20,140 nucleotides of DNA, taken from the NCBI GenBank assembly GCA_034722435.1, contig JAYENX010000006.1:1-20140 (forward strand), given 5' to 3'. Positions 1-7,912 of this stretch are shown piece by piece (position 1 is the first letter of the stretch; each line of letters starts with the position of its first letter). A program made the translations under genes and the position numbers. Below the pieces are notes generated by a model, which was given only the letters and a program-made list of their open reading frames with translations, searched no databases and had not been told where the DNA came from. The DNA is from Nanobdellota archaeon (GTDB taxonomy: Archaea; Nanobdellota; Nanobdellia; Woesearchaeales; JAHWHD01).

Positions 1-2
1 CA

Positions 3-548
3 ATTGTTAATTATCCAACATCAGACTTGTCAACAAGTGGACATACATTTAAACTTTTTAAAGGAAGTATAGTTGCTTTCAAGGTTAATGGCGATAAACA
101 TTCTGTCTATGTGAAAGATCTTCGAGGTGACGTTGTTACACTTAGGTTTAAGAGTGAAGAAGTGCTTGTTGATGTTAAAGAAGGCGAGACTGAGAGAGTT
201 GATTTAGATGCTGATGGTGAAGATGATATTGAAGTTTCACTTACTAAAATTGAAGGTAAGTTTGTAACTATTGACCTTAAACAAGTGTCGCCTCTTGAAA
301 GGATACAAGAGGAACTTGATACGGAAGCTGAAGAAGAAGATGTTGATGAAGTTATTTCTGATGGTTCTGCAGTGGATGAAGATGGAAATGTTATAGTGGA
401 TGGAGATAGGGCTGTAGTAGATTCTGAGATTACTTCTGAAACTGAAGGTAGTAGAAATTTAGTGCCTGCGCTTCTGGCAGTGTTGACTATTGCAGTGGTT
501 TTAGGAGTCTGGTATTGGGTTAAGAAGTCAAAGAAATTTAAAACATAA
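3..548 (+). CDS. 5'-truncated C-terminal part of a cell-surface/membrane-anchored protein
   Basis: The frame is open from base 3 (IVNYPTSDL...), so the TTG at 27 is probably not the real start. It has a beta-rich domain with a DxDxDG-type loop (DLDADGEDD), an acidic linker (ELDTEAEEEDVDE), a C-terminal hydrophobic helix (LVPALLAVLTIAVVLGVWYWV) and a basic tail (KKSKKFKT). Confidence 0.75.
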   Translation: MVNYPTSDLSTSGHTFKLFKGSIVAFKVNGDKHSVYVKDLRGDVVTLRFKSEEVLVDVKEGETERVDLDADGEDDIEVSLTKIEGKFVTIDLKQVSPLERIQEELDTEAEEEDVDEVISDGSAVDEDGNVIVDGDRAVVDSEITSETEGSRNLVPALLAVLTIAVVLGVWYWVKKSKKFKT

Positions 549-550
549 GC

Positions 551-580
551 TTTTTATACTTTCTTTTTTATTCTTATTTT
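551..580 (+). terminator. T-rich tract, probable archaeal intrinsic terminator
   Basis: Several oligo-T runs (tttttatactttcttttttattcttattttt) directly after the stop at 548. Confidence 0.4.
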
Positions 581-585
581 TAAAG

Positions 586-1302
586 GTGGTTAAATTCGAG
601 GTGGTGGAGTTAGATTCGTACATGGAGAAAATTGTAACTACAACTGTTGGTTCTGTTATTCCTAAAGTTCAGTTAAAGATTTCTAAAAAAAAGAAGTCCA
701 TACATAAGATAAAGGAAGAGGTTTATGATATTGTTGATGTTGAAGATTTAGTGTTATCTTTTAGACAAAGTTATACTGCAAAATTAAAAGATCATATGGA
801 TATGTTTAAAGCTCTTGAAAATTTTGAGTTGAAACGAGTAAATAAGTTAGTAGCTGATTTAAAGTTTCTTACAAAAGAAATTTCTATGAAGCAGTTAATT
901 AATAGTAATCTTGAAGGGTTGGCTGCTTATCTTGCGCGGTTAAAAGTTACGATACTTACGAAGGATTTGAAAGTTATTAAACGGATACTTAACAAGTTTG
1001 TAAAGCAAAAAGATTTGAATCTTGAATATGTATCTGAAGAGATTCGGGATTTTTCAGTTAAACTTGATAATCTTGAAAATACTTATATGAAGTTTATTGA
1101 TATGGTTAATCTGATTTCAGTAGGTTTAGAAAATAAAGTGTTGTTAAGTCATGAAGGCGTACATAAGATTGAAGATCTTAGAAATGTTGTAGTAAAACAG
1201 ACAGAACTTCTTTATCATATATCTGAAAGGTTTAAAGATGTATGTTTAGAGCTTAGAAAGTTAAGAGGATGTAAAAAGTTAATGTCTGAAGTGGGTTTAT
1301 AA
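586..1302 (+). CDS. Hypothetical all-helical/coiled-coil protein
   Basis: 238-codon ORF filling the gap between two genes, rich in Lys/Leu/Glu, with no motif I recognise. The start is uncertain (GTG 586, GTG 601/604 or ATG 622; GAGGTG/GGAG at 598-609). Confidence 0.7.
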   Translation: MVKFEVVELDSYMEKIVTTTVGSVIPKVQLKISKKKKSIHKIKEEVYDIVDVEDLVLSFRQSYTAKLKDHMDMFKALENFELKRVNKLVADLKFLTKEISMKQLINSNLEGLAAYLARLKVTILTKDLKVIKRILNKFVKQKDLNLEYVSEEIRDFSVKLDNLENTYMKFIDMVNLISVGLENKVLLSHEGVHKIEDLRNVVVKQTELLYHISERFKDVCLELRKLRGCKKLMSEVGL

Positions 1303-1320
1303 ACTATTATAACAACAATA

Positions 1321-1328
1321 TTTATAAA
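1321..1328 (+). promoter_or_regulatory. TATA box of ileS (probably leaderless transcript)
   Basis: TTTATAAA preceded by an A-rich BRE-like stretch, about 25 nt upstream of ATG 1353. No Shine-Dalgarno before the ATG. Confidence 0.55.
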
Positions 1329-1352
1329 TGAACTATTTCTTCTTTTTTAGTT

Positions 1353-4300
1353 ATGGTAGATAATTATAATCCTTTGGAATTAGAGTCTAAGATGTTGGAA
1401 TTTTGGGCAGAGAATAAAATTTGGGAACAGGCAAAAGAGAAAGGTAAAGGTAAAGAAGAATTTTATTTTTTACAAGGTCCTCCTTATACTTCTGGTAGAC
1501 TTCATATGGGTCATGCATGGAATAATTCTTTGAAAGATTTTGTTCTAAGGTATAAACGTATGGCTGGGTTTGATGTATGGGATAGGGCTGGATATGATAT
1601 GCACGGTTTACCAACTGCTCATAAAGTCATGGCAAAACATGGTTTGAAAGATAAACATGAGATTGAAGAGTTCGGTCTTAAAAAGTTTGCACAGGATTGT
1701 ATGGATTATGCTGTTGAAAAAGCAAAAGTGATGGATGAAGATCTTAAAAGGGTCGGTATATGGATGGATTTTGATAATGCATATTATCCTATAAATACTA
1801 ATTATATGGAAGGCGAATGGTGGCTTATTAAAAAAGCGCATGAGAATAATAGGTTGTATGAAGGTTTACGTACGCTTAGTTGGTGTTCTTCATGTCAAAC
1901 TGCTCTTGCAAAGCATGAGCAAGAGTATAAAGAGGTAACAGATAAATCAATTTTCTTAAAATTTCCTGTTAAAGATAAAGATGGTGAGTTTCTAGTTATA
2001 TGGACAACAACGCCTTGGACAATACCTTTTAATTTAGGTATAATGGTACATCCTGAATTGGATTATGTAAGGGCACAGGTTAAAGATGAAGTATGGATAC
2101 TTGCTAAAGGTTTAGCAGCTCCAGTGATTCAAACATTTACAGATGAGATGTTGCAAGTGGTTGAAGAGTTTAAGGGTGCTGAGCTTGATGGTTTAGAATA
2201 TGTTCATCCTTGGAATGGAGAGATTAAAGCTTATGCTGAGATGAAGAAAGTTCATCCAAAAATTCATACTGTTGTACTTTCAAGTGAATTTGTAGATTTA
2301 AGTGCTGGTACTGGTTTAGTACACATGGCTCCTGGTTGCGGTCCTGAAGATTATGAAGTTGGTCATAAAAATAATATTCCGCCTTACAATACTTTGAAAG
2401 AGAATGGGGTTTTTAATGAAACCATGGGTAAGTTTTCTGGATGGGTTGCTAAAACTGATGATTCTAAATTTATTGAAGAGTTGGATAGTACTGGTTTTCT
2501 TATAGCTACTAGTGATGTTGAGCACGATTATGCTCATTGCGAGAGATGTCATAGTCCGATTGTATATAGAACAACAAAGCAATGGTTCTTTAAAGTAGAA
2601 GATGTTAAGGATGAACTGGTAAAAGCTAATAATGAGATTTCTTGGGTGCCTGAAGCCGGTAAAAATGCTATGCGTGGATGGCTTGAACATTTAAGAGATA
2701 ATTCTATTACTAAGCAAAGGTTTTGGGGAACGCCTGTACCTATATGGAGATGTGAATGCGGGGATTATGATGTGATAGGTTCAGTGGAAGAGCTTCGAGA
2801 AAAAGCTGGAAGGGTTCCTGAGAATCTCCATAAACCGTGGATTGATGAAATTACTATACCCTGTAAAAAGTGTGGTAAGCCTATGAACAGGATTCCTGAC
2901 ATTTTGGATGTATGGATTGATGCAGGTACTGCTTCATGGAACTGTTTAGATTATCCTAAACGTGAAGATCTTTTTAATAAATGGTGGCCAGCTGATTTTA
3001 TACTTGAAGCTAAAGAGCAGGTGCGTGGTTGGTTTAACATGTTAATGGTGGCTTCAATAGTGTCAATGAATAAACCGATATCGTTTAAAGCTTGTTATAT
3101 GCATGGGATGTTAACAGATGTTGAAGGGGTGAAAATGTCAAAGAGTTTAGGTAACGTTATTTCGCCTTATGAAATTATTGATAGGCATGGAGCTGATACT
3201 CTTAGAACTTATGTATGCGGAACGCCTGCTGGTGAAGATATTAATTTTAGCTGGGATGAAGCAAAGTTAAAGCATAGAAATCTGACCATATTATGGAATG
3301 TTCATAAGTATCTTATTGATCTTTCTAAAGAGTTGGGTAAGAATCCGTTTACTGTAACTGCAGATATGGGTCTGGAAGAGAATTTTATCTTGTCAAGGTT
3401 GCATTCTACTATTAAGAAACAGACTGAAATATTTGATAAATATTTGTTAGATTCTGCGCCGGGTTGTGTTGAACAGTTATATCTTGAATTATCTCGTACC
3501 TATATTAAATTGGTTAGAGATAAAGCTGCTCTTGGAAGTGCAGATGAAAAGTGTGCAGTTTTATCTACAATTGGTACAGTGGTTTTGGAGTTATTAAAAA
3601 TATTTGCTCCAGTAGCGCCGTTCATTACGGAAGGTATATATCAAAATCTTAGAACTGAGTTTGATCTTAAACCTTTAAGTATACATCTTTATCCATGGCC
3701 TAAATGTAATGAGTCTTTGATAAATGAAGAGCTTGAGAGTTCAATGGCGATTGCTCAGAACGTTATCCAGAGCGTTTTATCTGCCAGAGATAAGTCTCAA
3801 GTAGGTTTACGGTGGCCTTTGAAAGAGGTAGTAGTTACAAGTGAAGGAGCTGGTAAGGCTGTTGAGTTGCTTAAGAATCTTATTAAGATTCAGACTAATG
3901 TTAAAGAAGTTAGGTTAGGGGTTGTAGAAGGTGTGAAAGAAACCATTAAACCTGATTTTTCGAAGATTAATCCTGAGTTTAAAGCGCGAAGTGCTGAAAT
4001 AATTGCGAGTCTTTCAACAACGTCAACTGAAAGTATCATGAAACATATTAAAGATAAAGGTGCTTATACGTTTGATGTGCGTGGTGAACAAGTATCGCTT
4101 AATATGAACCATTTTATATTTGTGAGAGAGGTTCCTGCACCGTACACTGCTTCAGATTTTAGGTTAGGTACTGTTTATTTGAGCCTTGACCAGGATGAAG
4201 CTTTGCTTGGTGAAGGGTTTGCCAGGGAGCTTATGAGGCGAGTTCAAGCTTTACGTAAAAAAGCTGGTCTGAGTAAATCTGATAAAGTTAATTTGACCGT

Positions 4301-4460
4301 AGATGCTGGTGAGCTTCAGTCTGCTTTTGAAGCGCATGTTGATCTTATCAAAGAAAAGTGTGGAGCTACTGTTCTAGTTTTTAGTTCTGTTGATACTGAA
4401 CATAAAGCTAAAGAAAAGGTTAAAGGTAAAGAGTTTGAGATTGGAATTGAAAAGGTTTGA
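1353..4460 (+). CDS. ileS: Isoleucine--tRNA ligase, archaeal/eukaryote-like long form
   Basis: GPPYTSGRLHMGH (HIGH), GYDMHGLP, CP1 editing motifs WTTTPWT and GTGLVHMAP..G.ED, QRFWG, DVWIDAG, QVRGWF, KMSKS, several CxxC zinc motifs, 1035 aa. Confidence 0.96.
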   Translation: MVDNYNPLELESKMLEFWAENKIWEQAKEKGKGKEEFYFLQGPPYTSGRLHMGHAWNNSLKDFVLRYKRMAGFDVWDRAGYDMHGLPTAHKVMAKHGLKDKHEIEEFGLKKFAQDCMDYAVEKAKVMDEDLKRVGIWMDFDNAYYPINTNYMEGEWWLIKKAHENNRLYEGLRTLSWCSSCQTALAKHEQEYKEVTDKSIFLKFPVKDKDGEFLVIWTTTPWTIPFNLGIMVHPELDYVRAQVKDEVWILAKGLAAPVIQTFTDEMLQVVEEFKGAELDGLEYVHPWNGEIKAYAEMKKVHPKIHTVVLSSEFVDLSAGTGLVHMAPGCGPEDYEVGHKNNIPPYNTLKENGVFNETMGKFSGWVAKTDDSKFIEELDSTGFLIATSDVEHDYAHCERCHSPIVYRTTKQWFFKVEDVKDELVKANNEISWVPEAGKNAMRGWLEHLRDNSITKQRFWGTPVPIWRCECGDYDVIGSVEELREKAGRVPENLHKPWIDEITIPCKKCGKPMNRIPDILDVWIDAGTASWNCLDYPKREDLFNKWWPADFILEAKEQVRGWFNMLMVASIVSMNKPISFKACYMHGMLTDVEGVKMSKSLGNVISPYEIIDRHGADTLRTYVCGTPAGEDINFSWDEAKLKHRNLTILWNVHKYLIDLSKELGKNPFTVTADMGLEENFILSRLHSTIKKQTEIFDKYLLDSAPGCVEQLYLELSRTYIKLVRDKAALGSADEKCAVLSTIGTVVLELLKIFAPVAPFITEGIYQNLRTEFDLKPLSIHLYPWPKCNESLINEELESSMAIAQNVIQSVLSARDKSQVGLRWPLKEVVVTSEGAGKAVELLKNLIKIQTNVKEVRLGVVEGVKETIKPDFSKINPEFKARSAEIIASLSTTSTESIMKHIKDKGAYTFDVRGEQVSLNMNHFIFVREVPAPYTASDFRLGTVYLSLDQDEALLGEGFARELMRRVQALRKKAGLSKSDKVNLTVDAGELQSAFEAHVDLIKEKCGATVLVFSSVDTEHKAKEKVKGKEFEIGIEKV

Positions 4461-4484
4461 TTAATAGATAAATTTTAATTAATA

Positions 4485-5657
4485 TTAACAATCAATAGTT
4501 ATTAAGGGGATAAGCATTTCATCGTCTGTAACCCCTGCATGATGTCCTTTACCGAATATTTTTGGTTTATTTTTATTTATGAGTCTATCTCTTAGAATGT
4601 AATTCTTTTTCATAATTAAAACATAATCTCCCACCCTGTCTAGAAGTTTTTTACTTGGTTTACCTAGTCCGTATAAATTATCTTTTATTAATTGTTCTCC
4701 TTTGAAGCACCAACAGTATTTAGATAGTTTAGTTTTAATAATTCTTTTGAAATCTTTAACTTTCCCTGGTCTTACAAAACAATCTCTGACTCTTGGTTCT
4801 CCTGTCATTGGTATGGTTAAACATTCTTTTAATCCTTTTATGTTCTCAACCCATAGTTCGTTTTTCTTTACAGTATCAATTAAACCGTGATCTGCTACAA
4901 TTATTAATTTTGTATTGGTATTGTTTAATGTTTTTGTTAAAGATTTTATTCTTTTATCAAGACCTTTGAAAATATGTTTTACTTCTTTACTGTTGATTCC
5001 TGTTGAGTGTGCCATACTGTCAAAGTTAGGGAAATATGCGTGGATAAATTTTCTTTTAGTTGAACGTTTCTTGATTATTTGTTTTATCTTTGTAAATGTA
5101 TTAATTTCTGAAGAGGTTGGGATGATTTCTGTATGGCTTGCGACATAAGTTGTGAATTCGCTATGAGCAATACTTTTATCGATTAAAGTGTAACATTTTG
5201 CTTTGAAACTTTTATGGAATGGTTTTATGTTCATGAAGTTTGTCATATTGAACCCGTATTTTGATAATGATGTTCGGCCAAAAAGGGGTGTGAATGGGAG
5301 GATGCTTGTGATGGCGCCCGTCTCTTTAAGATTAATATCCCACCCGGTTAATCCGTGTTGTTGTGGAGGGTAACCTGTATGGAAAGTTGTGTTTGCGCAT
5401 GTAGTTGTTGATAAGAAGGTTGAAGTTATCTGTGTTTTAAGATGTTTGTACATGAACGATTCTTTTTGTTTATTTAGAAATTTGTATCCCATCCCGTCAA
5501 TAACGATTAATACTATGTTCTTGAACTTTTTTAGTTCTTTTGATTGGAGAGATGGTAGTTGTTTATATTTATGTTTTTTACCATAGTTATTAGAAATTGA
5601 GCTCATTAAATTTACAATACTTCCGTTTTTGTAGTTTGGTTTATTGAATTTGTACAT
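4485..5657 (-). CDS. Alkaline phosphatase superfamily protein (type I phosphodiesterase / nucleotide pyrophosphatase-like)
   Basis: Metal ligands and nucleophile in the expected order: VLIVIDGMG, STFLSTT, AYFPNFDSMAH, IVADHG, C-terminal GHHAG. Confidence 0.9.
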   Translation of the reverse strand: MYKFNKPNYKNGSIVNLMSSISNNYGKKHKYKQLPSLQSKELKKFKNIVLIVIDGMGYKFLNKQKESFMYKHLKTQITSTFLSTTTCANTTFHTGYPPQQHGLTGWDINLKETGAITSILPFTPLFGRTSLSKYGFNMTNFMNIKPFHKSFKAKCYTLIDKSIAHSEFTTYVASHTEIIPTSSEINTFTKIKQIIKKRSTKRKFIHAYFPNFDSMAHSTGINSKEVKHIFKGLDKRIKSLTKTLNNTNTKLIIVADHGLIDTVKKNELWVENIKGLKECLTIPMTGEPRVRDCFVRPGKVKDFKRIIKTKLSKYCWCFKGEQLIKDNLYGLGKPSKKLLDRVGDYVLIMKKNYILRDRLINKNKPKIFGKGHHAGVTDDEMLIPLITIDC

Positions 5658-5679
5658 TTATCTATTTATTCATTTTTCT

Positions 5680-5695
5680 TTTATAATTGTTTCTG
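5680..5695 (-). promoter_or_regulatory. BRE-TATA promoter of the phosphodiesterase gene
   Basis: The minus strand reads agaaacaa-TTATAAA about 23-30 nt upstream of ATG 5657, consistent with a leaderless transcript. Confidence 0.45.
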
Positions 5696-5722
5696 TTTAA
5701 ATAGTGTTTTTTTAGCTATGCA

Positions 5723-5736
5723 AACCTTTAAATATT
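5723..5736 (+). promoter_or_regulatory. BRE-TATA promoter of the Sm gene
   Basis: aaccTTTAAATAtt; the same 14-mer recurs at 6160-6173 upstream of the next gene. Confidence 0.55.
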
Positions 5737-5793
5737 AATTTATTTTTCTTTTGACTATTGCCATTTGGTATTTAAATTATGGTTGGTGAAAAA

Positions 5794-5997
5794 ATGGAAA
5801 GACCTTTAGATGCTTTACAAGCTGCAAAAAATAAACGAGTTCTGGTTGAAGTATGGGATGGAACAAAGTATAAAGGTATTTTGAAAGCTTTTGATTTGAA
5901 TTCTAATATTGTACTTGAAAAGGTTGAACTTGAAGATGGTTCTATTAAAGAATGGATGTTTTTAAGGAGTGTTTTTGGGTTTGTTGTAGTAGGTTAG
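5794..5997 (+). CDS. Sm/LSm-like RNA-binding protein (SmAP), divergent
   Basis: Sm1 motif RPLDAL..AKNKRVLVEV.DG..Y.G.LKAFD.NSNIVLE and a degenerate Sm2 (MFLRSV). GGTGA at 5785-5789 favours ATG 5794 over 5779. Confidence 0.88.
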   Translation: MERPLDALQAAKNKRVLVEVWDGTKYKGILKAFDLNSNIVLEKVELEDGSIKEWMFLRSVFGFVVVG

Positions 5998-6016
5998 CTT
6001 TTGTGTAATGGGTTTT

Positions 6017-6142
6017 GTAGAAAGTCTTTCGTTCAAGGTGGTCGAGTAAAAAATTAAGATGTTGTAACATTGTCATCGACCACTTCCTGTTATATAAATA
6101 ATAGGTAACGCTTTCGCTGGCCAGTTTGGCAAGACTTTCTAT
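6017..6142 (+). ncRNA. Putative structured RNA (multi-stem), family unknown
   Basis: Perfect 11-bp terminal stem (6018-6028 / 6131-6141), a 10-bp stem (6036-6045 / 6076-6085) and an 8-bp hairpin (6086-6093 / 6098-6105). The imperfect pairs inside these stems are G-U on the + strand. Confidence 0.55.
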
Positions 6143-6159
6143 TAAGTTATCATAATCAG

Positions 6160-6173
6160 AACCTTTAAATATT
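6160..6173 (+). promoter_or_regulatory. BRE-TATA promoter of the wHTH / methyltransferase-kinase unit
   Basis: aaccTTTAAATAtt, identical to 5723-5736, followed by an AAGGTG ribosome-binding site before ATG 6220. Confidence 0.55.
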
Positions 6174-6219
6174 TGAATTATCTTAATTCTTTTAATCATT
6201 TATAAAAAAAGGTGTTTGT

Positions 6220-6684
6220 ATGGCTGTGATTTCGAAAGATGTTCCTTTGGTTGAGATTACCCTTAGAAGGTATGAAAAGCCAAGTGTTAATGATAGAGAT
6301 TTAGTTAGGAAACTTTGTCTTAGTACTGGTCTGTTGCAACCGGGAGATTCTAGGGATGTTATTGTCGATGTTCTTTATGTATTATTGAAAGCTTTCAAGG
6401 GAAAGAAAGAGATGAACTCTGAAGAGGTTCGTGATGAAGTCATTCAGTCTCGAAGAGGGTTTAACCTTACTTTAGTAGGTGTTGCTTCTTCTAATATAAG
6501 AAGGCAATTGAAACGGTTAAGGGATATGTATATTGTTGAGAAAAATGTTAATAATTATAGAATTACAGAGTTTGTTTCATTAACAGAAACGTTTGAAGAG
6601 AAAGTTGAACAATTCTTGCTTACGCAAGTTTTGTCAAGGGTTAAAGATTATTATAAAGAAGTTGATGAGAAGTTTTTGAAATAA
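6220..6684 (+). CDS. Winged helix-turn-helix protein, putative DNA-binding regulator
   Basis: Helix-helix (MNSEEVRDEV...ASSNIRRQLKRLRD) followed by a beta-wing (YIVEKNVNNYRI). Preceded by AAGGTG. Confidence 0.7.
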   Translation: MAVISKDVPLVEITLRRYEKPSVNDRDLVRKLCLSTGLLQPGDSRDVIVDVLYVLLKAFKGKKEMNSEEVRDEVIQSRRGFNLTLVGVASSNIRRQLKRLRDMYIVEKNVNNYRITEFVSLTETFEEKVEQFLLTQVLSRVKDYYKEVDEKFLK

Positions 6685-6685
6685 G

Positions 6686-7912
6686 ATGGAATTGTATCAA
6701 CCACAAGAGGATACGTATTTGATCCTGGAGCAGGTTCAAAAATTGTCTAGAGGGAAAGTTCTTGAAATGGGGACTGGTACAGGTATTCTTGCATTTGAAG
6801 CGCAGAAAAATGCTAAATGGGTGGTAGCTCTTGATATTAATCCTGATGCTGTGAAGTTTGTTGGGAATTTAAGGATTCTTAAAAAAATAAAAAATATGTT
6901 AGTAAGAGATAGTAATCTTTTCTCGTTTTTGAAGAATAATTTTGTTGATTATGATAAAAAACGTAAACAGTTTAAGTTAACTTTTGATAATAAAAAGAAT
7001 ACTAAGTTTGATACTATAATATTTAATCCTCCGTATCTGCCAATGCATAAAGGGGAAGAGCAGTCAGTTGATCTTTATGTGTCGGGTGGTAAATATGGTT
7101 ATGAGATTGTAGAAGATTTTTTGAATGATGTGAATGAGTATCTTGAACCTGAAGGTAATGTATTTCTAGTTTTTTCTTCTTTAACCAAGCAAAAGAAGGT
7201 TGAGGAGATTATCAATAATAATTTGCTTGAGTTTGAACAGTTGTCAAGCAAGAAAGTGTTTTTTGAGGAACTTTATTGTTATAGAATTTATAAGTCGAAT
7301 ATTTTGAAGATATTAGAGAAAAAAGGTATTACTAATCTTAAAAGGTTGACTAAAGGGCACAGGGGTTGGATATTTACTGGAATGTATAAAGGTAAAAAAA
7401 TAGTTGTCAAGAAACAAAGAGAAGATGTCGCAGCAATTACGAGGGTTGCAAATGAGATTAATTTTTTGAAGGTATTGAATAAGAAGGGGATAGGTCCTAA
7501 AATTATATTTTCTGGTAAAGATTATTTTGTTTATAAATTTATTTCTGGGGCTTTTATCAAAGATTTTGTGGAGGTTCAGGGTAAAGAAGCTATTAAACAA
7601 GTTTTCTTGGATGTTTTTAAGTTGATGTATAAACTTGACAAGCTTAAGACAAATAAAGAAGAAATGACTAGGCCGAGGAAGCATGTTATTATAGATAATA
7701 AATTGAAAGTGCACCTTATTGATTTTGAGAGAGCCACTAAGACTGAGAAACCTAAAAATGTAACTCAGTTTGTGCAGTATGTTTGTTCGCTTTCTGAAAT
7801 GTTAAACAAGAAAAAGTTTAAGATTAATATAGATAAGTTAAGGGATGCTTCTAAAGTTTATAAAAAGGATATGAGTATAAAGAATTATAAAAAAATAATA
7901 AATTTAATTTAA
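6686..7912 (+). CDS. HemK2/PrmC-like SAM-dependent methyltransferase fused to a C-terminal atypical (COG2112-like) Ser/Thr kinase domain
   Basis: N-terminal YQPQEDTYL, VLEMGTGTG (SAM motif I), ALDINPDA and IFNPPY. C-terminal LTKGHRGWIF (P-loop), VVK, NEI, GIGPK, KEEMTRPRKH, LIDFERA and NVTQF. Confidence 0.85.
   Translation: MELYQPQEDTYLILEQVQKLSRGKVLEMGTGTGILAFEAQKNAKWVVALDINPDAVKFVGNLRILKKIKNMLVRDSNLFSFLKNNFVDYDKKRKQFKLTFDNKKNTKFDTIIFNPPYLPMHKGEEQSVDLYVSGGKYGYEIVEDFLNDVNEYLEPEGNVFLVFSSLTKQKKVEEIINNNLLEFEQLSSKKVFFEELYCYRIYKSNILKILEKKGITNLKRLTKGHRGWIFTGMYKGKKIVVKKQREDVAAITRVANEINFLKVLNKKGIGPKIIFSGKDYFVYKFISGAFIKDFVEVQGKEAIKQVFLDVFKLMYKLDKLKTNKEEMTRPRKHVIIDNKLKVHLIDFERATKTEKPKNVTQFVQYVCSLSEMLNKKKFKINIDKLRDASKVYKKDMSIKNYKKIINLI

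Noticed and set aside
1770-1786. 17-nt exact match (tttgataatgcatatta) between ileS coding sequence and the trpS promoter (16561-16577)
   Set aside because: It encodes ordinary residues (FDNAY) in ileS, and a single match of this length is plausible by chance in AT-rich DNA.
6017-6142. Identity as 5S rRNA, RNase P RNA, SRP RNA, tRNA or a known riboswitch/ribozyme
   Set aside because: The length is 5S-like, GAAAGTC resembles the RNase P P4 strand and GTTCAA resembles a T-loop. However, the conserved 5S loop C, the P4 partner strand, the SRP helix-8 motif, the cloverleaf and the hammerhead/fluoride cores are not present.
5945-6199. 84-aa minus-strand ORF overlapping the Sm gene and the structured element
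   Set aside because: No ribosome-binding site or motif, it overlaps the Sm 3' end by 53 nt, and its start lies only 20 nt from the next gene's start. The nested stems explain the region better. Not fully excluded.
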